A stretch of 64,000 nt of DNA, taken from the NCBI GenBank assembly GCA_000960865.2, contig JZWU02000003.1, positions 11,250 through 75,249 of the forward strand, written 5' to 3'. The DNA is from Vulcanisaeta sp. AZ3 (lineage in GTDB: Archaea > Thermoproteota > Thermoprotei > Thermoproteales > Thermocladiaceae). The position numbers and the translations under genes were made by a program. The notes below the pieces were generated by a model, which worked only from the letters and a program-made list of their open reading frames with translations, searched no databases and was not told where the DNA came from. Shown piece by piece: positions 39,888 through 49,124 of the stretch (its first letter is position 1; the number at the start of each line of letters is the position of its first letter).

Positions 39888-40226
39888 ATGTCCATAAAGT
39901 TCTGTCCTCGTTGTAAGAGCATGATGGTTTTAGTGAAGGAGGGTGGGAGGTCTTTCTGGAGGTGCCCAAGGTGTGGTTATGTTGAAGAGGTTAGTGGCAA
40001 TAATGCTAAGTTTGTGGAGAGAACTACGGTGAATAGGAGGGATGATAAACCAATAGTGCTAGCTAAATCGAGTGAGGAGGCATTGCCGAAGGTTAGGAAG
40101 GTGTGCCCAAGGTGTGGTAATGAGGAGGCTTATTTCTGGGTTCAGCAGACTAGGGCTGCTGATGAACCGCCAACTAGGTTTTACAGGTGTACTAGATGTG
40201 GTTATACTTGGCGTGAGTATGAATGA
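39888..40226 (+). CDS. tfs: transcription factor S (TFS)
   Basis: Two Zn ribbons; QTRAADEPPTRFYRCTRCGYTWREY with the acidic DE pair. Confidence 0.95.
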   Translation: MSIKFCPRCKSMMVLVKEGGRSFWRCPRCGYVEEVSGNNAKFVERTTVNRRDDKPIVLAKSSEEALPKVRKVCPRCGNEEAYFWVQQTRAADEPPTRFYRCTRCGYTWREYE

Positions 40227-40322
40227 GGATTAATGTTCAGTTCGGTAGTAATGTTAACTCTAGTATTATGGTTTTTGTTGAGGATGTAGAGTTTAAATTT
40301 GGGTAATTGTGGATTTAATGTG

Positions 40323-41078
40323 ATGTCTGAGGTTAGGATAACGTATCCAGATGCTAGGGAGCTCTCTGTAATAATTGATGCTATATCGGCATTAATTGAG
40401 GAGTCAAGCTTTACGCTGGCCAGTGATGGGTTAAAGCTTAGAGCTCTAGATCCATCGAGAACTGCCATGGTGGATTTATTAGTGCCTAGGGAGGCTTTTG
40501 AGGAATTCCCTGAGAACCTCGCTGAGGAGGTTAAAATTGGTGTTAGTTTTGATGACTTTAAGAAGTTACTTAGGAGGATTAGGAAGGGTGATAAGTTGAG
40601 TATGGAGGTTAGTGAGGGTAAGCTTAAGGTTAAGCTTGTTGGTAGGGCGTCTAGGACCATGACCCTGCCACTCATTGATATTGGGGTTGAGGAGCTACCA
40701 ACGCCCAAGGTGGTGTATACCGTACTCGCCAAGGTGTCTAGTGATTCGTTAAATGAGGCTCTTAGGGATGCCGATGTTATTGCTGATTCTGTAAAGTTTG
40801 ATGCTAAGGATGATGGTCTTTACATATCGGCTAGTAGTGATAAGGGTGATGTGGAGGTGAAGTTTGAGAAGGAGGGTGAGGTTATGTTTGAGTATGATCT
40901 TAAGGAGCCGGCTACCGCCAAGTATAGTCTTGATTATTTAATGGATACTGTTTCAAAGGCTTATAAGATTAGTGATATAGTTACTATTGAATTTGCAACT
41001 CAGAAGCCCATAGCCTTAACCTTCGAGATACCCATGGGTGGTAAGTTGACTTATTACATAGCACCCATGATTGAGTGA
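40323..41078 (+). CDS. pcn: PCNA sliding clamp
   Basis: ALDPSRTAMVDL, KYSLDYL, LTYYIAP. Confidence 0.95.
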   Translation: MSEVRITYPDARELSVIIDAISALIEESSFTLASDGLKLRALDPSRTAMVDLLVPREAFEEFPENLAEEVKIGVSFDDFKKLLRRIRKGDKLSMEVSEGKLKVKLVGRASRTMTLPLIDIGVEELPTPKVVYTVLAKVSSDSLNEALRDADVIADSVKFDAKDDGLYISASSDKGDVEVKFEKEGEVMFEYDLKEPATAKYSLDYLMDTVSKAYKISDIVTIEFATQKPIALTFEIPMGGKLTYYIAPMIE

Positions 41079-41146
41079 TTTAATAATACTAGTTTTAATG
41101 GTAAAATGAATTATTTAATGTCTTAAATAATAATTAATGCTTAATA

Positions 41147-42190
41147 ATGAATATGCAAAGCTTCGCAAATCTTGTTAGGGTTTTGTTCAGGAATTATTAT
41201 AGGTCAGTGGATTTATCTGAGGTTGATGATTTGAGGAGTAGGGAGTTTGGCTTTCAGTTCTTCGATAAGGAAGGCATGATTAGGCATATGGGGTTTAGAG
41301 ATGAGAATGAATTGAGACAGTACTTAATTACTTATGCCCCATCTCATGTGTATTACTCAGCAGCGGTTTATAGGGATCCCACGAATCAGGATATGGATGC
41401 TAAGGGTTGGTTGGGTGCTGACTTAATATTTGATATTGATGGTGATCATTTACCTACTCAAGGTTGCCAGGGTGTTGAGTTAATGACGCTTGAGTGTCTT
41501 AATGATGCTACCGAGGAGGTGAATAAGCTCTTGGACTCGCTTATTGAGGATTTTGGTTTTTCTGAATCATCGATTAAGGTTTTCTTTAGTGGTCATAGGG
41601 GTTATCATGTGCATATTGAGACTGAGGAGGTTAGGGGTTTGAGTGATGAGGAGAGGAGGGAGATTATTGATTATTTGCTTCTTAGGGGGTTTAGTATTGA
41701 GCATTTAGTTAGGGGTAATGTTATTCTTATAGATGATGGGTTGAGGGGTATTGGTGGTAGGTTGGCCTCTGTGATCCATGAGGTTGATCCAAGTATTCTC
41801 GATAAGGTTAGGGGTAAGGTGAGTAAGGGTGTGGCTAGGAGGTTGAGTTCATTATCTTCAATTATTAGGGATAGGTTAGCTGTGAATATTGATGAGGTGG
41901 TTACGATGGATATACATAGACTCATTAGGATGCCTAATTCTCTTCATGGAAAGACTGGATTACGTGTTGTTAGGGTTAGCCTTAGTGAGTTAGAAAGAGG
42001 CGCTGAGTACATTATTGATAAGGCAATACAGTTTAGGAGGGGCTCGTTGACTATTAGGTTGAGTAAGAAGTTGCCTGTGAGGAGGGTTTTTGGTGAGGAT
42101 GTGGTTGGTAATGAGGGAAGTATTATTAAGGTTCCCATGTATATAGGTATGTACTTAGTGATGGGTGGTTGGGGTGAGCCTCTCGATTAA
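41147..42190 (+). CDS. priS: DNA primase small (catalytic) subunit
   Basis: REFGF, YYSAAVY, DLIFDID, FSGHRGYH, IDEVVTMDIHRLIRMPNSLHGKTG. Confidence 0.95.
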   Translation: MNMQSFANLVRVLFRNYYRSVDLSEVDDLRSREFGFQFFDKEGMIRHMGFRDENELRQYLITYAPSHVYYSAAVYRDPTNQDMDAKGWLGADLIFDIDGDHLPTQGCQGVELMTLECLNDATEEVNKLLDSLIEDFGFSESSIKVFFSGHRGYHVHIETEEVRGLSDEERREIIDYLLLRGFSIEHLVRGNVILIDDGLRGIGGRLASVIHEVDPSILDKVRGKVSKGVARRLSSLSSIIRDRLAVNIDEVVTMDIHRLIRMPNSLHGKTGLRVVRVSLSELERGAEYIIDKAIQFRRGSLTIRLSKKLPVRRVFGEDVVGNEGSIIKVPMYIGMYLVMGGWGEPLD

Positions 42191-42665
42191 TGAGCTACTT
42201 AGGAAGTTACTTGAATTCACGCAAATGGAGGTGAATAGCGATGAGTTACAGAGGCCTCTCTATGAGTCTTATGCACAGTTAATTCAGGGAATCGTTAATA
42301 ATTTACCGACGGGTAATACTTCTGACAAGGAGTTACTTGAGTCTATGGTTAATATGGTTAAGGAGACTCTCACGGTATTGGTTAGGAGGAGGATCGAGAA
42401 GATAATGGGGTATTACCGAGCGGGTAAGATAATACCTCAAGAGTTATTATTCATGGAGGAGAAGAGGTTCTTGACGCCATTTCTTGACTTAAGGATTCCA
42501 GAGGCGGTGGGTGTTGTGTTGGTATCTTTCAGGGAGAACTTCCCGATGATTAGGTCAGTCACGGGCTCCACATATGGTCCCTTCACTCAATTTGACATTG
42601 CGGTGTTGCCTAGGACTGATGCAGAGGACTTAAGACGTAGAGGTATTGTAGATGTTCTACGTTGA
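42165..42665 (+). CDS. GINS15 (Gins51)-like replication protein
   Basis: RRRIEKI, LFMEEK, C-terminal B-domain YGPFTQFDIAVLP..AEDL..RG; position between priS and rpl44e. Confidence 0.8.
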   Translation: MVGVSLSINELLRKLLEFTQMEVNSDELQRPLYESYAQLIQGIVNNLPTGNTSDKELLESMVNMVKETLTVLVRRRIEKIMGYYRAGKIIPQELLFMEEKRFLTPFLDLRIPEAVGVVLVSFRENFPMIRSVTGSTYGPFTQFDIAVLPRTDAEDLRRRGIVDVLR

Positions 42666-42711
42666 TCTTCCTGAGGTAAAAGTATAAAAGGGGGTTGGAT
42701 TAACGTAGCGC

Positions 42712-42996
42712 GTGAAGTTTCCCAAGGTGATTAAGACCTACTGCCCGAGATGCGATGCATACACGGAGCATTCAGTAACGATATATAGCCATGGGAAGAG
42801 GAGGGACTTATCTGAGGGGCAGAGGAGGTACTTGAGGAAGCTTAAGGGTTATGGTTCGAGTAGAAAGCCGAAGCAGAAGAGGTTCTCGAAGACTACGAAG
42901 AAGGTGATGGTTAAGTTACAATGTAGGCAGTGTGGTTATGTGGTTATGAGGTCTTTAGGTAGGTTGAAGAAGGTTGAGATAGTTGAGGTGAGGTGA
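42712..42996 (+). CDS. rpl44e: 50S ribosomal protein L44e
   Basis: [29 protein letters not shown]. Confidence 0.96.
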   Translation: MKFPKVIKTYCPRCDAYTEHSVTIYSHGKRRDLSEGQRRYLRKLKGYGSSRKPKQKRFSKTTKKVMVKLQCRQCGYVVMRSLGRLKKVEIVEVR

Positions 42997-43000
42997 TTAT

Positions 43001-43207
43001 ATGCCTACGAATTGGCGATTAGTCCTCGTACCTAGGCCCAGATCGAGGTTTTTAAGGGTTAGGTGTAATAATTGTGGTAATGAGCAGGTGGTTTTTGATA
43101 GACCAGCAATGGTTGTTAGGTGCCTTGTCTGTGGTAATGTGCTTATAGAGCCGACTGGCGGTAGGGGAAGGATAGTTGGTGCCACTATAGTGACGACTTA
43201 TGAATAA
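43001..43207 (+). CDS. rps27e: 30S ribosomal protein S27e
   Basis: [25 protein letters not shown]...PTGG. Confidence 0.96.
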   Translation: MPTNWRLVLVPRPRSRFLRVRCNNCGNEQVVFDRPAMVVRCLVCGNVLIEPTGGRGRIVGATIVTTYE

Positions 43208-43267
43208 TACGTATGGACGCACCCTAGTATAAAGGTTTAATAAGGTTCCTTAACCCTCCCGTTAATA

Positions 43268-44119
43268 ATGAGTAAGAGGGAGGAGTCGGCTGATGAGATT
43301 AGGAAGAGCGTATTGCCTGTGAGGATAGCCAGGAGGGAGTTACCTGATATGGGGGAGCTTGTTATTGGCACGGTGTATAGGGTGTTGGAGCATGGGGCGT
43401 ATGTGCTGCTTGATGAGTATGGTGGCTTGGAGGCTTATGCGCCTGTCAATGAGATTGTTCAATCCTGGTTCCATGATATAAAGGATTACCTAAGGCCTGG
43501 GCAGAAGACTGTGTTTAGGGTTGTTAGGGTTGATTATCGTAAGAAATTAGTCGATGTATCTCTTAGGAAGGTTAAGGAGGAGGAGAGGAAGGAGAAGTTA
43601 GCTAGGTGGAAGAGGACGTTAAGGGGTGTTAAGTTACTCGAGTTGGTGGCTAAGAAGTTGGGCATACCCTTAGATAAGGCGTTGCAGGATTTTGGATGGA
43701 AGCTTGAGGATTACTATGGCGACTTCTTGACAGTATTTGAGAATGTGGCTAAGTATGGGCCTGATGAGTTGAGGAAATTGGGACTTAATGATAATGTAAT
43801 AGAGATTATTGCTGAGGTTGCTAAGGAAAGGATTGAGATTGAGCCTGTTGAGATTTCGGGGGTCATTAGGCTAATAAGCATAAGGCCTGATGGTGTTAAG
43901 CATATAAGGGAGGTTTTGATGAAGGCGATAAATCAGGCCCGAAAAGAGAGAGTTGAGAGTATTAAGATATACACAATAGGGCCGCCTAGGTATAGGATAG
44001 ATATTACTGGTAGGGATCCTAAGAAGCTGGAACGTGTGCTTAATGATATTGTTAATTTAGTAACCACGGAGATAAGGAAGAGAGGCGGTGAGGCAAGCTT
44101 CACAAGGATTGGTGAATGA
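43268..44119 (+). CDS. eif2a: translation initiation factor aIF2 alpha
   Basis: LPDMGELVIGTV S1 domain, GAYVLLDEY, VDVSLR, YTIGPPRYRI. Confidence 0.95.
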   Translation: MSKREESADEIRKSVLPVRIARRELPDMGELVIGTVYRVLEHGAYVLLDEYGGLEAYAPVNEIVQSWFHDIKDYLRPGQKTVFRVVRVDYRKKLVDVSLRKVKEEERKEKLARWKRTLRGVKLLELVAKKLGIPLDKALQDFGWKLEDYYGDFLTVFENVAKYGPDELRKLGLNDNVIEIIAEVAKERIEIEPVEISGVIRLISIRPDGVKHIREVLMKAINQARKERVESIKIYTIGPPRYRIDITGRDPKKLERVLNDIVNLVTTEIRKRGGEASFTRIGE

Positions 44120-44120
44120 T

Positions 44121-44360
44121 GTGGACTCCATACTAAGGAGGTGCAAGGTTTGCGGTAGATACACGATGAGGAAGGATAGATGTCCATACTGTGGTGGAGA
44201 GCTTGAGGTACCGCATCCGCCTAAGTATTCGCCTGAAGATAAGTATGGTAGGTATAGGTTATTAATGAGGATAATGAGTGGGGAGGTAAGATTAAGAGAG
44301 GATATTGTGAGGGCAATACTATCGCAGAGTAGGTTAAGTAAGATTAACCTTAACTCCTAG
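44121..44360 (+). CDS. nop10: H/ACA RNP protein Nop10
   Basis: RRCKVCGRYTM..CPYCGG...PHPPKYSPEDKYGRYR. Start uncertain (GTG 44112 or 44121). Confidence 0.93.
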   Translation: MDSILRRCKVCGRYTMRKDRCPYCGGELEVPHPPKYSPEDKYGRYRLLMRIMSGEVRLREDIVRAILSQSRLSKINLNS

Positions 44361-46683
44361 TTAATGTTTGGTTTTTAGCTAGAGCATTAAGTAGGTTGTA
44401 ATTGATCTTGTAAATTATTACCCAGCCGTATGGCCTGGAGACATAGACCAACTGGGCCCATGGTGGTGGGGAGATTAGGTAGTACCAAGGTGTTATAGGC
44501 CCTGAGTACCCGGGTATGCCTACATATGCTAATTGGAATGATGTTCCGCCAGCGCCAGGCATTATTGTTGGTATTCCCTCAAAGATCCAATATGCAGGTA
44601 TGCCATTCCTAAGGCATGTTGCCCAAACAGAATAGGATGAACTTACGACTTCTGAATTAAACATGAGATTGTATAATGTGACGTTATAGGCGGCGTAGAA
44701 TGTATTATTGGCATATGGCACGTATATCGTTGAGGCACCCACCTGTCCAGTTGAAATGAAGGTATTTAGTATATAGTTGTCTGAGTACCCCGCAATCCTG
44801 GCCATCCAATAACTCTTCGCGAAATCACCACCGGCTGGGTATTCGGGTATTAGGATGCACATGGAGCTTGTGAGCCCTGTACCGCTGGCGTTAATGGGGC
44901 CGTAAACATAATACGGCTCGAATATTAATATATATTGAGGATCATGCAGTTCATTAAGCTTGTCTAAAATGCCTGTATAGTTGTAGGGGTTAGACATAAA
45001 GAAATTACCTATTAGGGCTATTTGTGTGGCGTTGACTGTGGAGTTATCCGCAAGGCTTGTTCTATTACCAATTATGGCTGTCCAATAACCGTAGTCCCAC
45101 CAGGATAGTATTGTGGCATTTGGTGGCGTATTATATGATAACCACTGGAGGGCATCTAACCAATCGGGGGTTGGGTATGGTGGTGATACAGTGCTCACTA
45201 TTTGCTGGGGTACCACTGACATTGATAGTGCTGGTTGTACATTAATAATGAGGGATAACGCAAACACAATACCTAATAACACACTAATAGCTATGCCAAT
45301 CAAGGCACGCCTATCCAAGGCCAGTTCTGTGAGTTTTACAAAACCATAAGCAGCAGCAGGGACCCAGAATAACCCTAAGACCATGAATAACCAAACCTCT
45401 GAGGATGCGAAATAAGCTGCCGCTAATGAACCTAGGCTTATTAAGACCGCTGGCAGTGATAATGACATTATTGATAGTAATATTGTGTATATAACGAAGG
45501 GTAATGTTATAGATACATTGTAAAGGCTCTGCTGAAGAGATGAAGGAGAGTGCTCAGCCACACTCTGTACTATGGCGCTCCTAGCTATCGGAGCTAACGC
45601 GCCGAGAAACTTACCGCCAATTCCTGTGAAACTTAATCCTATGATTGTAACAATTGCAATAACGAGGACTGCGAGGAAGTACCTAGTTATTACTGTCATA
45701 ATTCTTGGGCTCTTGGGGTAAAGCTTAATGAGCGCGTAGGCAATTATTGAGAATAATAAGGCCGCATTGGCCACGCCACCCATACCAGAAACCAGAGTAT
45801 GGAAGCCGTATCTGGGTGTTATTGCTACGAAGGTAGAGAATGCGAGGTCTGTTAATACGTAGGTTATGACGACCTTATCGATTAAGAATGGTAGTGTTTG
45901 TCTCCTGGCTATTTTAATTAGTAGGTAGAGAAGTATGATGATTGTGAATAATCCATAGAAGTTCCATAGGAAGACGTAAGAACCCCACACCCACGTAGTT
46001 ATTCCATTAAACAATGCGGAAAGTACAGCAAATAGAAGCCAATAATTATCCTTCCTAATTAAAGACTCCGCGTAGAAGGCTATGCCGAGGGTTGCTATGA
46101 ATTGAAACAATGGCTCTGCCGCGAACCAACCTGCTGTACCCCTCTGGAGAAACATTGTTGTGAATACAGACCACAGTGCTGCTAATAGGCCTACGTACTT
46201 ACCACCAAGTCTGTAACCGAGGTAAAACATGGCTGGTACAACTGCAGCATTAGCTATGGCGGGTAATAGGATTACGGATTGGAGTAAGTCAAAACCTAGG
46301 TGGGATAATACCTTATAAGCCAATACTCCGAGCCAGGAAACGCCTGGTGACAGTATTACGGTCCAATTGGCACCCCAGGGATACCAGAAGTGAGTGAAGA
46401 TGGCTCCGTAACCCTTATGAAGCCACCAGAGGAGTCCCTTGATGGTGCCGTACTTAAGCATTTGTATTGTCATGAAGTACCTTATGTAGGGGTCGAATTC
46501 ATTTATGTACCAACCATAGAGAAGGACTGGGTATAGCCTGAGGTAGTAAGCTATGATTGTGAATGAGAGTATGGCTGAGGTGAATGCAATCCATTGGGAG
46601 GCCTTAATATCGGGTGATATACTTATTGCCTCATGCACAGTAGTCTTGCCCTCAACTCTACTTGCAGCCCTTGCCTTGCTCAT
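44350..46683 (-). CDS. aglB: oligosaccharyltransferase AglB (STT3)
   Basis: EFDPY, many TM helices, SVAEH, SWWDYGYW, ADNST. Confidence 0.95.
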   Translation of the reverse strand: MSKARAASRVEGKTTVHEAISISPDIKASQWIAFTSAILSFTIIAYYLRLYPVLLYGWYINEFDPYIRYFMTIQMLKYGTIKGLLWWLHKGYGAIFTHFWYPWGANWTVILSPGVSWLGVLAYKVLSHLGFDLLQSVILLPAIANAAVVPAMFYLGYRLGGKYVGLLAALWSVFTTMFLQRGTAGWFAAEPLFQFIATLGIAFYAESLIRKDNYWLLFAVLSALFNGITTWVWGSYVFLWNFYGLFTIIILLYLLIKIARRQTLPFLIDKVVITYVLTDLAFSTFVAITPRYGFHTLVSGMGGVANAALLFSIIAYALIKLYPKSPRIMTVITRYFLAVLVIAIVTIIGLSFTGIGGKFLGALAPIARSAIVQSVAEHSPSSLQQSLYNVSITLPFVIYTILLSIMSLSLPAVLISLGSLAAAYFASSEVWLFMVLGLFWVPAAAYGFVKLTELALDRRALIGIAISVLLGIVFALSLIINVQPALSMSVVPQQIVSTVSPPYPTPDWLDALQWLSYNTPPNATILSWWDYGYWTAIIGNRTSLADNSTVNATQIALIGNFFMSNPYNYTGILDKLNELHDPQYILIFEPYYVYGPINASGTGLTSSMCILIPEYPAGGDFAKSYWMARIAGYSDNYILNTFISTGQVGASTIYVPYANNTFYAAYNVTLYNLMFNSEVVSSSYSVWATCLRNGIPAYWIFEGIPTIMPGAGGTSFQLAYVGIPGYSGPITPWYYLISPPPWAQLVYVSRPYGWVIIYKINYNLLNALAKNQTLTRS

Positions 46684-46887
46684 TACGGTTTGGTTGAATG
46701 CTTTATTTAAAAGTATTTTTCACAGTTACGTTAACGAGTATTAAAGCAAATAAGGTATCTAATACTACAAGCATTGTGAGGATTATTAAGAGACATCAGA
46801 ATTCAAGGCAAGTAGTAGGGGGTCTAGTGAGAAAATGGAGATATGAGGGGATAAAAGAATAAAAATGGTTTATTTAATGTAACACAG

Positions 46888-46979
46888 GGCCCCGTAGCTC
46901 AGCATGGATAGAGCGGCGGCCTTCTATCGAGACGGGAGAGAGCCGTAGGTCGTGGGTTCAAATCCCACCGGGGCCGCCA
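46888..46979 (+). tRNA. tRNA-Arg(TCT) with 14-nt intron at 37/38 (46927-46940)
   Basis: GGCCCCG/CGGGGCC acceptor plus G73 and CCA; GCGGC-CT-TCT-A[TCGAGACGGGAGAG]A-GCCGT; the intron forms a BHB (CTTC/GGAG helix, two 3-nt bulges). Confidence 0.95.
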
Positions 46980-47054
46980 ATCACTCACCGCGGTTTCTTC
47001 AAGATTTTAATGAATAGTCACCTTTATGAGTTACCTTTCTAGATTTATTGGCGG

Positions 47055-47103
47055 TTGATGAGACATTGCAGTACTGATTGGTGAGGAGACTGACCTGCTC
47101 TGA
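47055..47103 (+). ncRNA. box C/D guide sRNA, predicted 16S targets
   Basis: C TTGATGA, guide GACATTGCAGTA, D' CTGA, C' GTGAGGA, guide GACTGACCTGCT, D CTGA; canonical 12-nt guides. Confidence 0.85.
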
Positions 47104-47120
47104 GTATATGATTAGAATTA

Positions 47121-47170
47121 TCAGCATATAACCGCGTTCGTCAACGATCAGTCACCTCCTCTCTCGTCAC
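47121..47170 (-). ncRNA. box C/D-like sRNA with guide complementary to the 16S rRNA 3' end
   Basis: Minus strand: C GTGACGA, guide GAGAGGAGGTGA, D' CTGA, C' TTGACGA, guide ACGCGGTTATATG, D CTGA. Confidence 0.75.
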
Positions 47171-47256
47171 TGTAGTATTGTGATTTTAACTCCTCAAGTT
47201 TCTTATGCAGCATAGTGGATAATACTTAATAAATTAGTGTAATATAAGTTAATGTT

Positions 47257-48003
47257 ATGGAATTACTCAAATGTGACGTTTTGAGTGACCTAATTGAGGG
47301 TTTCCCATATGGCTACATGATTTTAATTAGGGGCGACCTAGGCATGGGAAAGACACTTATCGTGAAGATACTTGCACGGAGAATACTTCAAAGCAACCCG
47401 TTGCTTTATGTATCCCTTGATGATGATCCTGAATCAATAATTAATGATCTTAAGGACACGAGTGGTAGGTTGTTCATAATTGATGGATTTACATTGGGTG
47501 ATCAGCGCAGGATTAAGGCCCCTAACATTGTTGATGCAATTACTGAGTTAGATCCAGGACAGTTGATTAGTAAGGTTAGGCAGGTAATATATTCAAAAGG
47601 CATTCGGGGGCTTATCATGGATTCGATAAATGACTTACTCATTAATATCGACCCCAGAGGATTAATTACTGTGCTTAAGCAATTAAAATCCGTATCAAGG
47701 ACTTACAACTTAATAACCTTCATGGTTGCTCACGTAACCACGGATGATGTTGATAATCTACTTAATAACGTTGAGTATGTGTTTGATGGTGTAATCGAGA
47801 TGGAGTTTGATGAGAATATGGCAAGCCTAGGAATACCAGTGAGGAGGCTTAGGATAAAGAGGATGAAGGGAATCTCTCATTCAATGAATTGGTTATACTT
47901 TACAACGGCTAAGGGCACCATAGTCCCCATAGATGTAAATGAGATCAGAAACATGCTAAAGAATACCCTTGAAAGCCTTGGAGTTCAACTACAGAGCAGT
48001 TAA
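47257..48003 (+). CDS. single-domain KaiC/RAD55-like RecA-superfamily ATPase
   Basis: Walker A RGDLGMGKT, Walker B LIMDS, EYVFDGVIEM, RRLRIKRMKG. Confidence 0.88.
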   Translation: MELLKCDVLSDLIEGFPYGYMILIRGDLGMGKTLIVKILARRILQSNPLLYVSLDDDPESIINDLKDTSGRLFIIDGFTLGDQRRIKAPNIVDAITELDPGQLISKVRQVIYSKGIRGLIMDSINDLLINIDPRGLITVLKQLKSVSRTYNLITFMVAHVTTDDVDNLLNNVEYVFDGVIEMEFDENMASLGIPVRRLRIKRMKGISHSMNWLYFTTAKGTIVPIDVNEIRNMLKNTLESLGVQLQSS

Positions 48004-48297
48004 TGAATTTGCTTTCAAGACATTAACATAAAAGCTTTGGTAGGTAATTAAGATCTTAAATCCTGTAAAATGAGGGGCAGCCATGTAGGGGCATATCGTT
48101 TATGTTCGAAGCCTATGATGTAGCAATTAGCAATAGTGACATTAAGTTGGAATTTATAACTAATTTTACTGTCTTAAGAGGGAATGCGTTGGTATATAAA
48201 ACTTAATTTAGCCTACGGAAACTTTTACAATGATGTTATTTTAGGATTGCCTTTTGCTATGGGTTTTTAATTTGATTAGTACCCTTTAGGTGTTTTG

Positions 48298-48600
48298 TTA
48301 GATCATTAAAAAGAACACGACTAAACCGTAAATTGCAATGGCCTCTGCCAATGCTACAAAGATTAAATACATTGCAAATAATTCTCTTCTCTCAACCATA
48401 GCACTAACAGAAGCAGCACCAGCAAGGCCAATACCGATACCAGCACCTAGAGCAGCAAGACCAAAACCAATACCAGCACCCAGGGCTCTAGCCGCCATTA
48501 CCTGTGCTTGATCGGTTGCTTGAGCATGGGCAACTAACGCTGCCATTGCTAAGGCTAGTGCAACCACAACTAAAACCCTTAATATCGTTGACTTAACCAT
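48298..48600 (-). CDS. atpK: A-type ATP synthase proteolipid subunit K (c), stand-alone
   Basis: GAGIGFGLAALGAGIGIG glycine helix and FVALAEAIAIYG with the ion-binding Glu; extra N-terminal hydrophobic segment. Confidence 0.93.
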   Translation of the reverse strand: MVKSTILRVLVVVALALAMAALVAHAQATDQAQVMAARALGAGIGFGLAALGAGIGIGLAGAASVSAMVERRELFAMYLIFVALAEAIAIYGLVVFFLMI

Positions 48601-48922
48601 CACGGAATCAAGCATTAGTACTTTTAAAATTTATTCCAACTGGACTCCCAGCGTTCGTTTAAAGTTACCTGGTTCGTGAACTTACTTTAGGCCTTGAGTC
48701 ATTTTCCTGAGACCTTGTCCCTTCACTATCATATACCTTCTCAATGTTCATAAGAAGCGTGAACTAAAGCGCAACCTTAAGCCCTATGTAATGAGACCAA
48801 GGCCAGAAGCGAACTAAATCCTCAATCACATCCAAATGAACAATCCTTTAAATAACCAATGCATTAGAGTAGGGAATAAGCATAAGTAAAGCTTTATAAC
48901 TATTGGGTCATTAAGCAGAACT

Positions 48923-49011
48923 GCCGGGGTGGCCGAGCCAGGTCCAAGGCGCGGGCCTGCTAAGTCCGTCCCCGCAAGGGGGCCCGGGTTCAAATCCCGG
49001 CCCCGGCACCA
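48923..49011 (+). tRNA. tRNA-Ser(GCT)
   Basis: GCCGGGG/CCCCGGC acceptor plus A and CCA; CGGGC-CT-GCT-AA-GTCCG anticodon arm; CCCC-GCAA-GGGG variable arm; TTTATA box upstream. Confidence 0.93.
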
Positions 49012-49124
49012 AGAAATCCTCCTCATGGAATTATGGCGATTTTAGTTGGAAGGGCTAGATAACTATGATGTGTTCTGGTCTGGCTGGTTAAAATTTTAAT
49101 ATAACGAATAATCTTAGAGTTTCT

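Noticed and set aside
39888-44360. Replication genes clustered with translation genes (pcna-priS-gins15-rpl44e-rps27e-aIF2a-nop10)
   Set aside because: Well-known conserved archaeal gene cluster; not novel.
48660-48830. Short imperfect repeat AGAAGC(GT)GAACTAAA and tiny ORFs between atpK and tRNA-Ser
   Set aside because: Only two imperfect copies with no regular spacers, so not CRISPR; ORFs are under 30 aa with no support.
48826-49026. 66-aa minus-strand ORF (WCRGRDLNPG...)
   Set aside because: Typical translation artefact of the antisense strand of a tRNA gene.
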